A stretch of DNA of 47,186 nt from a virus. The position numbers and the translations under genes were made by a program. Below are positions 40,393 through 47,186 of this stretch, one piece after another (position 1 is the stretch's first letter; each line of letters begins with the position of its first letter). The notes beneath the pieces were generated by a model. That model was not told where the DNA came from, did no database searches, and saw only the letters and a program-made list of their open reading frames with translations. The stretch spans positions 1-47,186 of IMG/VR virus record IMGVR_UViG_3300012521_000001. One strand, 5' to 3'.

Positions 40393-40561
40393 GAGACTGG
40401 CGGCTCATTGGGCTGGCTACACCTGGGCGCAGTATCAGGCGCTCCCTGGTGATGACCGGTGGGTGGACTGGCGACGCTACTATGATTGCAAAGCGTGGGT
40501 GATCGCGGCGTATCAGGTTAGTGTCGAGCTGGAAAGCGTGAGGAACGCAGCATGGGATTAG
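40145..40561 (+). CDS. T-like extension frame of the tail assembly chaperone. Probably expressed only as a frameshift fusion; the real coding part begins near 40290.
   Basis: The first ~49 codons are Arg-rich and look like out-of-frame sequence. From WQDLSEASKRL... onward the sequence is protein-like. The ORF ends 10 nt inside the tape measure gene. Its frame is +1 relative to the G frame. Confidence 0.5.
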   Translation: MHGWRANCPMPRRWRTSSRQSRHSQCRPRKGLSAPRRCFRAQFRQGREPWQDLSEASKRLARLRKGKKRSRLPEFQTTRLLHERLAAHWAGYTWAQYQALPGDDRWVDWRRYYDCKAWVIAAYQVSVELESVRNAAWD

Positions 40562-43500
40562 AGAAGACCGGGCTGCAGCTTGTCATACAAGGGACACAGT
40601 CGTTTATCTCAGACGTACAGCGTGCGCAGAAGGCGACGGATCGGCTGCATGAGTCGTTCCAGAGGCTGACCTCGCGCTCTGCCTCGACCGGGCTGAAGAG
40701 CCTGAATATCGGCGAGATCGTGCCGTCGGCGGCGCTGGACCGGCTCAAGGGCCTGAACGACCAGTTCGATCAGCTCGGCATGATCGTGGGGCGCGTCTCT
40801 CCGCAGATCGGCGGCGCGATCCACCTGTTCTCCGGCTTGACCGCTGAGCTGGGCAGAACCGCCTCTGCCATGTCTCTCACGACGATGGGCGCAGTGGCGC
40901 TGGGCGCGGCGCTGATCGGCCTCGGCATGCGCGGCGCCGCGATGACCGGTGTGGTCCAGGCGTTTGACGCGCTGTCGGCCAGCGCCGGAACGACCGCGAA
41001 CGTCCTGCTGCAAGACCTGCGTGAAGCGGCGCGCGGCACGATCGCCGATATGGAATTGATGCGGCAGGCGAACTTGGCGCTGGCCGGTGCGGGGCCTGAG
41101 CTGGCGAAGGCGCTGGCGGTGGATGGCGGGCTGGCAGGGCTGCTGGAGATCGCGCGCGTGCAGGCGCGAGCGACTGGCGAGAGCGTCGATTACCTCTTTA
41201 ACTCGCTGGTGAGTGGGATCAAGCGCAGCTCGCCGCGCCTGATCGACAACACCGGTCTGGTGCTCCAGGTCAGTGAAGCGAACGAAGCATACGCGAGGGC
41301 ACTTGGCAAGACGGTTGACCAGCTGACTGCTGAAGAGCAGCAGATCGCGCTTCTGAACGCCACGCTGGAAGCCGGGCGGGTCGGCATTGAGCAATACGGC
41401 AACACCGCGCTCCAGGCGTCTGAGTATATGGCACGCATCCAGACGACGATCACCAACACACTCGACCGGCTGGCGCTGGCGGTGCAGCCGATCTTCACGA
41501 CGCTCCTGGCGATTGCCGACACGATCGTCAGCGGCATTGTGTGGCCGATCCAGAACATTGTGATCCCGATTCTCTACGAGCTGGCCAACACCATCTTCGG
41601 ACCACTTCTCACGTCGTTCAATCTCTTCCGAGACGCCGTCGGCGAAATAATGGCACCTGTGCTGAATCTTATCCACCGGTGGGTAGTGGTGGTGGTGGGA
41701 ACGCTGCGCTATTTGGGCCATGCCTTCCAGTGGATCGCCGAGCAGGCGGCCAAGCTGTTTGCACCGATCAAGGACATCGTCAAGAAGTACATCGTCGAGC
41801 CGTTCACCAAGCTGCTGGATCCGGTGAACTTCGCTCGTGCCGCCGGCCGCACCTTTGGTGCCTACGCCGAGGGGATCATGTGGGTCGCCAACAACCTCAT
41901 CTTCCCGGCAGTCATCGCGATTGCGAAGTTCATCGCCGACTTCCTGATGGGCTTCAGCCCTCCCAAGAAGGGACCGCTGTCGACCATCGACAAAGGCGCG
42001 GCGGCCGTCATGCGTGCCTGGCTGGAAGGCTTCACCGGCGTCTCGCTCTCCCCAGTCTCGGACATGATGGGTCGGGTCAATACGCTGCTCGGCGACATCG
42101 CCCTGCTCACGCACGACAAGGTCACCGCGCTCCTGGCGCAGCTCGACGAGGAGCTCCAGCCATTTGTTGACAACCTGGAGATCGCCAAAGCCTATGCCGA
42201 ATCCATTCTGGGACCGCTCCAGCAGGCCGAAGACGCGATGAGGAAGCGGCTCGATGCAGCGGTGCAGCAGTTCACCAAGGGTGGTCTGAGCGCAGACGCT
42301 GTGCGTGCTCTGGACCGGCAGAACGAAGCGCTGGCGAAACAGAAGGAGCTGTGGGAAGGCGTCACCGCCGAGGCCGAGTACCAACTCGCGCTCAAGAAGT
42401 CCGAGCAGGCGCTGCTGCGTGCGATGCTGATGATCCAGGAGCGGCGCACGCGGCCCGACGAGAAGATTGCAGCCGCCACGGAGAAGGCGGCGAAGGCCGT
42501 GAAGGAAGCCACGACCAAAGGTGGTGGTGGGAAGGCTCCCGAGCCGGAAGCGGTCGTGGCGGGCGCCGGTGGCGCGCTGCCTGACCTCTCGTCAAGCATC
42601 GGGAACATTCTCGGTGTGACGGACGAGGAGATTGACGAGTTGTTCGGTGAGATGGGGACAGCCTTTACCGAGGCGTTCATGACACCTGGTGTGAAAAACC
42701 AGTGGAAGTTGTTCGAGAAGAACACCGACCAACTCCAAAAGCAGATCGACCGGGCCAAGCAATCCAAGCCCTTCCAGGAGATGCAGAAGTGGTTTGGTGA
42801 AGACGGGGAATTGGCAAAATCCTTCGAAGGGTTCAAGTCCTCCGCCGAACTGATCTGGGATGGTCTGTTCAACAGTGAGAACGGATACATGGTCAACAAG
42901 TGGCGCGAGTTCAAGAAAACGTTCTCACCAGATTTCGACGCTTACTTCTCTGAGTCGGGTGGTGGGAGTGAGTCGCTGTCCGACAAATTCTGGAAGTGGA
43001 CGGCGGCGATTGCTCTGGCCACTGATGGGCTATTTGGCGAGGATGAAAGTGGCCTGAAGGGAAAGTTCAATCAGTTCAAGACGGACGTCGGAGATATCTG
43101 GGACAGCATCTTCGGCGAGGACGGCAATATCCTCAGCACCGACTTCCATGCAATCGTTACCAAGTTCAACGAGCTTTTCGTGCTGGACGGGGAAGGCAGT
43201 CTGCGCCGTCCGGTGAGCTTCTTCAAGACCTACATGTCCATGGTCTTCACAGGCGAAGGGCCGTTTAGTCTGTCTGCAATCTTCAAGAACTTCACCGGAC
43301 AGCAGCTCCTCGACAAGTTCAATAACCTGTTCGTCTTAAGCGGGGTGGACAGCTTGCGCAACCCGGTCAACTTCTTCAAGACATATCTGTCCATGGTCTT
43401 TACTGGCACCGGGCCATTCAGTCTGGAGTCTATCTGGAGCGCAGTCTCAACCCAGACGATCAAGACCAAGTTCTCCGACGACTTTGGTGAGGGCGGTGTG

Positions 43501-44136
43501 CTGCAGCTCACCATGTACTCGTTTATGGAGACAATGAGGCTGCTGTTCGAGGGAGACAACAGCACTTTTGGCAAGCTCATGTCGGGTGCTGCTGGGCTGG
43601 TTGAAAACCTGTTCACTCTGCCAGTTACGACTGTCCTAAATGCGCTCATTGGAGCTTTCGTCGGCACACTCAACCTGATCGCAAAGGCATTCAACAGCAT
43701 CATCGACGGCATCCTCGAAAACCAGGGGATCGCCGACCCGCTGATCCCAGATGCTGTCTTGGAAAAGCTCAGGATGAAGGAATTGAACCCGGCCGACTTC
43801 ATGCTTGGACCTACACAGAAGACGCTCGGTGGGCCACCGACACCTACACCCGGCTCCTTCGCCCGAGGCGCCTTTCTGGGTCCCGGTCTGGCGAGAGTGC
43901 ATGGTGGTGAGGTGCTGGTTCAGTCGGCCAGACCTTACGCCGTCTTCCCCAAGAAGTGGGTGGACGCGATGGATCGCCTGGCGAACGCGATGGTGCCGTA
44001 CAACGCACCGAGCGTGCCGGCACCGGTCGTCAATGTCCAGAGCAGTGGCGGCGTGACAAACCATAACACCTTCAACGTTCACAGCCAGCAGTCAATGCGG
44101 CTGGCTCTGGCGAGAGCGAGGGCGTTTGGAACATGA
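40552..44136 (+). CDS. Tape measure protein
   Basis: 1194 aa. Ala/Leu-rich helical sequence with hydrophobic segments and internal repeats. Canonical position. Confidence 0.9.
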   Translation: MGLEKTGLQLVIQGTQSFISDVQRAQKATDRLHESFQRLTSRSASTGLKSLNIGEIVPSAALDRLKGLNDQFDQLGMIVGRVSPQIGGAIHLFSGLTAELGRTASAMSLTTMGAVALGAALIGLGMRGAAMTGVVQAFDALSASAGTTANVLLQDLREAARGTIADMELMRQANLALAGAGPELAKALAVDGGLAGLLEIARVQARATGESVDYLFNSLVSGIKRSSPRLIDNTGLVLQVSEANEAYARALGKTVDQLTAEEQQIALLNATLEAGRVGIEQYGNTALQASEYMARIQTTITNTLDRLALAVQPIFTTLLAIADTIVSGIVWPIQNIVIPILYELANTIFGPLLTSFNLFRDAVGEIMAPVLNLIHRWVVVVVGTLRYLGHAFQWIAEQAAKLFAPIKDIVKKYIVEPFTKLLDPVNFARAAGRTFGAYAEGIMWVANNLIFPAVIAIAKFIADFLMGFSPPKKGPLSTIDKGAAAVMRAWLEGFTGVSLSPVSDMMGRVNTLLGDIALLTHDKVTALLAQLDEELQPFVDNLEIAKAYAESILGPLQQAEDAMRKRLDAAVQQFTKGGLSADAVRALDRQNEALAKQKELWEGVTAEAEYQLALKKSEQALLRAMLMIQERRTRPDEKIAAATEKAAKAVKEATTKGGGGKAPEPEAVVAGAGGALPDLSSSIGNILGVTDEEIDELFGEMGTAFTEAFMTPGVKNQWKLFEKNTDQLQKQIDRAKQSKPFQEMQKWFGEDGELAKSFEGFKSSAELIWDGLFNSENGYMVNKWREFKKTFSPDFDAYFSESGGGSESLSDKFWKWTAAIALATDGLFGEDESGLKGKFNQFKTDVGDIWDSIFGEDGNILSTDFHAIVTKFNELFVLDGEGSLRRPVSFFKTYMSMVFTGEGPFSLSAIFKNFTGQQLLDKFNNLFVLSGVDSLRNPVNFFKTYLSMVFTGTGPFSLESIWSAVSTQTIKTKFSDDFGEGGVLQLTMYSFMETMRLLFEGDNSTFGKLMSGAAGLVENLFTLPVTTVLNALIGAFVGTLNLIAKAFNSIIDGILENQGIADPLIPDAVLEKLRMKELNPADFMLGPTQKTLGGPPTPTPGSFARGAFLGPGLARVHGGEVLVQSARPYAVFPKKWVDAMDRLANAMVPYNAPSVPAPVVNVQSSGGVTNHNTFNVHSQQSMRLALARARAFGT
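43162..43467 (+). repeat. Tandem 153-bp (51-aa) in-frame repeat x2 inside the tape measure gene
   Basis: KFNELFVLDGEGSLRRPVSFFKTYMSMVFTGEGPFSLSAIF... is followed by KFNNLFVLSGVDSLRNPVNFFKTYLSMVFTGTGPFSLESIW... Confidence 0.85.
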
Positions 44137-45251
44137 GCGAGCTGCTGTATCAACTCGTCTTCTACAACCACCACCGCGACATGGTGGACTTGATCGACGC
44201 CAGCAGTCTGAGCGAAGTGAAATACTCGCGCCAGCTCAACAATTACGGCGCGCTCCAATTCACGATGCGTGCCGATCGGGCGAAGAGCTTCCACAGCATT
44301 CGCGATGTGCTGGTGCAGCTTCAAGTCTCGGTCGACGGCGGTCCGATGATCAGCGAGGGCGAGTACCTGATCCGGCAATCGATCCTGCTGCCTGGTGAGC
44401 CGTATGATGTGCTGATTATTGGTGCGGTCGGGCTGGAACACCTGCTCTTCCGCCGCATCTTCCTGGCCGACGACGACCCGCTGGTCGCCAACGGCTACAG
44501 CACCAAATACGACCGCGCCAGCGAGGTGATCGCCAGTGTGGTGACCGACCAGTGCATCGCCCCAGCGCGGCGACCAGGGCGGGCTATCTCCGGACTAACG
44601 ATCGCGCCCCACAGTCCGTCAGGCGACCCGATCCCCTTCCGCGAGCAGTCGTCCGAGACGAAAGTGCTGGAGCTGGTCAAGAAGCTGGCGACAGCGGGGC
44701 GCACCGACTTCTGGATCACATTCGATGCCGCCACCAAGACGACGCCCATGATCATCGGTCGGCGGGGCACAGACCGGCGGAAAAGCACGAACTGGCCGCT
44801 GCAGCCGGTGTGCTATTTCTCGCCCGACAACGGCTCGATGACCGATCCAGAGCTGGAGCAGGACTATCGCGAAGAGAAAAACACCGTCTTCGTCTTCGGC
44901 CAGGGGCCAGCCGGTGGGCGCTTCGTCTACGGCAAGAGCACGCCGGAGACGACCGTCTCGCCCTGGAATCGCTGCGAGTTCGGTGTGACGGCCAATCAGT
45001 ACACAACCATCGACGACCTGTTCGGAGAGGCCGACGCGGCGCTGATCAACGCACTGGCGAATCAGACGCGCTTCTCCTTCACCATTCCGCAGGATGCACC
45101 GCTGCAATACCTGCGCGACTGGTTTCTCGGCGATCTCGTCAATGCTGGTGTGTCCGGTGTCGAATTCGATATGCGTGTGGCAGGCGTAACAGTGACGCTG
45201 AACGCCGAGGGTGTGACGGTCGAGCCGGAGTTGGTGAGGTATCAAATATGA
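44133..45251 (+). CDS. Minor tail protein (possibly Sipho_Gp37-like)
   Basis: ATGA coupling to the tape measure stop codon. Called on position; the family assignment is from memory only. Confidence 0.6.
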   Translation: MSELLYQLVFYNHHRDMVDLIDASSLSEVKYSRQLNNYGALQFTMRADRAKSFHSIRDVLVQLQVSVDGGPMISEGEYLIRQSILLPGEPYDVLIIGAVGLEHLLFRRIFLADDDPLVANGYSTKYDRASEVIASVVTDQCIAPARRPGRAISGLTIAPHSPSGDPIPFREQSSETKVLELVKKLATAGRTDFWITFDAATKTTPMIIGRRGTDRRKSTNWPLQPVCYFSPDNGSMTDPELEQDYREEKNTVFVFGQGPAGGRFVYGKSTPETTVSPWNRCEFGVTANQYTTIDDLFGEADAALINALANQTRFSFTIPQDAPLQYLRDWFLGDLVNAGVSGVEFDMRVAGVTVTLNAEGVTVEPELVRYQI

Positions 45252-45475
45252 GCAGCGAATTCGATCTTTACTGGAACCGCCTGATGGCGCCGATCCGCGC
45301 ACTGGAGCAGCGTGTGGCGGCGCTGGAGGGCCGGCCATCGCGCGCCGAGGAAGCTGGTGGCGTGGCGGTCGTGGATACGCTGCCGGCTGCAGGCGTGCCC
45401 GGCCGCATCCTGTTTCGCACGACCGACAGGAAGTTCTACGGCGACACCGGCACTGCCTGGGTCGCGTTCCATTAG
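45248..45475 (+). CDS. Small coiled-coil tail-module protein (75 aa)
   Basis: ATGA coupling. MSSEFDLYWNRLMAPIRALEQRVAALEG... Confidence 0.5.
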   Translation: MSSEFDLYWNRLMAPIRALEQRVAALEGRPSRAEEAGGVAVVDTLPAAGVPGRILFRTTDRKFYGDTGTAWVAFH

Positions 45476-45486
45476 CGGGGTGAGCG

Positions 45487-46419
45487 ATGGTATACGTGCC
45501 GCACGAGATCGGCGAGGTTGAGCAGATCATAACCTACGATGGCGAGGTATTCACACTTGGCGATGGGTTCGACCAGGCGGTGCTGAGCATCGGTGGACGA
45601 GGCATGCCAAGCGCCAGCTACCACACATACCAGGGCTATCAGCAGCCGTTCCCGGTGGTGCGCAGTTATGTGATCGAGCCGCGCTCGGTCACTCTCTCGC
45701 TGCTGGTCGTGACTGAGCATCGAGCAGACTACTGGGAGAAACGCCGGCAGCTTGTCGAGGCACTGCGCTTCAATCGTGGTGGACCACTGACGCTGCGCCA
45801 CATCCGCGCTGACGGCACAGCGCGCGACCTGCTGTGTTATCCCGATGGTGCGCTGGACTGGCAGGACGAGAGCGAGTGGGACGCCTGGGAGACGGAGATT
45901 GCGCTGGTGGCGCACAATCCGCTGTTCCAGGACGCCGAGATCACATCCGTGCGGCTGGATAAGGCCGAGCTGACACTCTCGTTTCCCATCACGTTCCCAA
46001 TTGCCTTTGAGGGCGTCTACTCCCCGATTTACGAGGACATCGTCTACGATGGCGACTTCCCGGCGTGGCCCATCATCGAGGTCGACGGTCCGTACACGAC
46101 GCTGCGCGTGGAGAATGTCACAACCGGCGCCGTGGTCGGGCTGGCAGTACCGATCAGCGCCGGCGAGAAGCGCATCTTGGACCTGACACCGGGCCAGCAG
46201 CGTCTGGTCGACCAAAACGGCGTCTCGCGGTGGGGCGAACTGTGGATGCCGGACTCAGTGCTGATGGCGTTCAACTTGCGCCCACCGGGGCTCTCGCGAT
46301 TGGTCTCAATCTACGAAGGTGTGCCCGGTGGCGTGAACCGGCTGCGTGCGACGTTCACCGGCCGCACCAACGATACGGCCTGTGTGATCCACTACCGGCG
46401 GCAATTCTTGAGTTTGTGA
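45487..46419 (+). CDS. Phage tail protein, distal tail (Dit / Sipho_tail-like) candidate
   Basis: 310 aa. Located in the tail-tip module. The pattern RSVTLSLLVV...RRQLVEALR...GPLTLR is typical of the family as I recall it. Confidence 0.6.
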   Translation: MVYVPHEIGEVEQIITYDGEVFTLGDGFDQAVLSIGGRGMPSASYHTYQGYQQPFPVVRSYVIEPRSVTLSLLVVTEHRADYWEKRRQLVEALRFNRGGPLTLRHIRADGTARDLLCYPDGALDWQDESEWDAWETEIALVAHNPLFQDAEITSVRLDKAELTLSFPITFPIAFEGVYSPIYEDIVYDGDFPAWPIIEVDGPYTTLRVENVTTGAVVGLAVPISAGEKRILDLTPGQQRLVDQNGVSRWGELWMPDSVLMAFNLRPPGLSRLVSIYEGVPGGVNRLRATFTGRTNDTACVIHYRRQFLSL

Positions 46420-46430
46420 GGACTTGACCG

Positions 46431-47186
46431 ATGACTCTCATTAACGCACTACCATTCGACGGTGTCTCGATCAGCTCGGAGACGTGGCGGCAATTCCAGA
46501 GGCACATACTGCAGCCGATGGGCAGCAGCACCGTCAACGATGGCATTTACTACACACCGACGACTGGCCAGTTTAAGGTGACGCGCGTGAGCGCGACGCA
46601 GGTATCGGTGCAAAGTGGCGCGGGCATGGCGAACGGTCTGCCGTTCTGGTCTACATCGACCATCAACCTGTCGGTCGCAGCGGCGCACGCGACGTACACG
46701 CGCTACGACTTCGTGGTGGTGCGCGTCAACTTTATCGACAAGGAAGCGCGCGTCACCATTCTCCAGGGCACACCAGCAGCCTCGCCGGTGGCGCCGTCGC
46801 TGCAAAAGAGCGCCGCACCGTACTACGATGTGCCACTGGCACTGCTCACGGTGGCTCCTGGCTCTGGTGTGACTGATGTCAGCGACCGCCGTGAATTCAT
46901 CTCCGGTGCGTCGAGCGTGCAGCGTGTCGTTCGTAATGCTGACAGCACCACTTTGCTGCCAGGGCACATCGTCGCATGGAACCAGTTTAATCCGATCGAT
47001 GTGGTCCGCACAAATCAAGCCAGCAGCGTGTGGACTGCTGGTGTCATCGAGACGGCCATCGCACCCGGCGGCTACGGTCTGATGACGGAGTACGGTGTCG
47101 GACGCGTGCGCATCAACATGTCGCGCGGTCCCGGCGCTCGCTTCGGTACTAGCACGCAGCTCGGATTCGCCACCGAACAACCATAC
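46431..47186 (+). CDS. Tail fibre / receptor-binding protein, N-terminal part (3'-partial; continues at 1..579; total 403 aa on the circular molecule)
   Basis: My own translation from ATG 46431 (MTLINALPFDGVSISSETWRQFQRHILQPM...) is open to the window end. It joins in frame to ...PGGYGLMTEYGVGRV... at base 1. Confidence 0.8.
   Translation, partial: MTLINALPFDGVSISSETWRQFQRHILQPMGSSTVNDGIYYTPTTGQFKVTRVSATQVSVQSGAGMANGLPFWSTSTINLSVAAAHATYTRYDFVVVRVNFIDKEARVTILQGTPAASPVAPSLQKSAAPYYDVPLALLTVAPGSGVTDVSDRREFISGASSVQRVVRNADSTTLLPGHIVAWNQFNPIDVVRTNQASSVWTAGVIETAIAPGGYGLMTEYGVGRVRINMSRGPGARFGTSTQLGFATEQPY
47064..47186. repeat. Terminal direct repeat, second copy (identical to 1-123)
   Basis: 123/123 identity with the window start. 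Confidence 0.95.

Noticed and set aside
40609-42384. 591-aa minus-strand ORF. The same applies to 16733..17974, 9177..10169, 10465..11340 and 44619..45530 on the minus strand.
   Set aside because: All lie antisense to + strand genes with clear catalytic or structural motifs (tape measure, DNA polymerase, Cas4-like nuclease, AAA_24). Their composition is shadow-ORF-like, and they have no RBS or motif support.

Overview
The window looks like a complete, circularly closed genome of a tailed dsDNA phage. It is siphovirus-type: it has a tape measure gene and no sheath gene. Bases 1-123 are identical to 47064-47186, so the unique length is 47,063 bp. The tail-fibre gene that starts at 46431 runs off the 3' end and continues in frame at 1..579. 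I call about 65 protein genes, all on the + strand. I recognised no tRNA, rRNA, CRISPR array, integrase or repressor. The long minus-strand ORFs look like GC-rich shadow ORFs.

Gene order:
- 0.6-3.8 kb: lysis-like cassette (two membrane proteins, an acidic protein, and a lipoprotein with two SH3b domains plus a clan GH-A-like glycosidase domain).
- 3.77-4.48 kb: AT-rich non-coding region with iterons, a near-consensus sigma70-type promoter and a structured leader.
- 4.5-6.8 kb: first early genes (Ala/Trp-repeat protein, orphan beta-class DNA methyltransferase, ASCH protein).
- 6.9-21 kb: replication and recombination genes (SNF2 helicase, Cas4-like nuclease, AAA_24/Sak4-like ATPase, DUF669 SSB-like protein, RuvC-like resolvase, family A DNA polymerase, AEP primase fused to a P-loop helicase).
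- 11.8-16.2 kb, embedded in that module: a nucleotide-metabolism island (Rossmann protein, dimeric-dUTPase-like domain fused to a HAD nucleotidase, DUF1599, ThyX-like protein, GT-A glycosyltransferase).
- 21-27 kb: small genes, a MazG gene, and four tandem promoter-gene-terminator cassettes.
- 27.2-47 kb: packaging, head and tail genes (TerS, TerL, portal, MuF-like protein, scaffold, DUF2190 protein, major capsid, major tail with a BNR propeller, G/T chaperone pair, tape measure, distal tail proteins, fibre).

The most interesting points:
- Three families of conserved intergenic repeats: a roughly 50-bp promoter-operator element, twin CCCCGTGG iteron elements, and a roughly 105-bp repeat pair.
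- The possible DNA base-modification island next to the polymerase gene.
- The PeSL-like cassette array of unknown genes.
- A chaperone pair that needs a +1 rather than a -1 frame change.

All homology statements come from motif recognition by eye and need HMM or structure confirmation.
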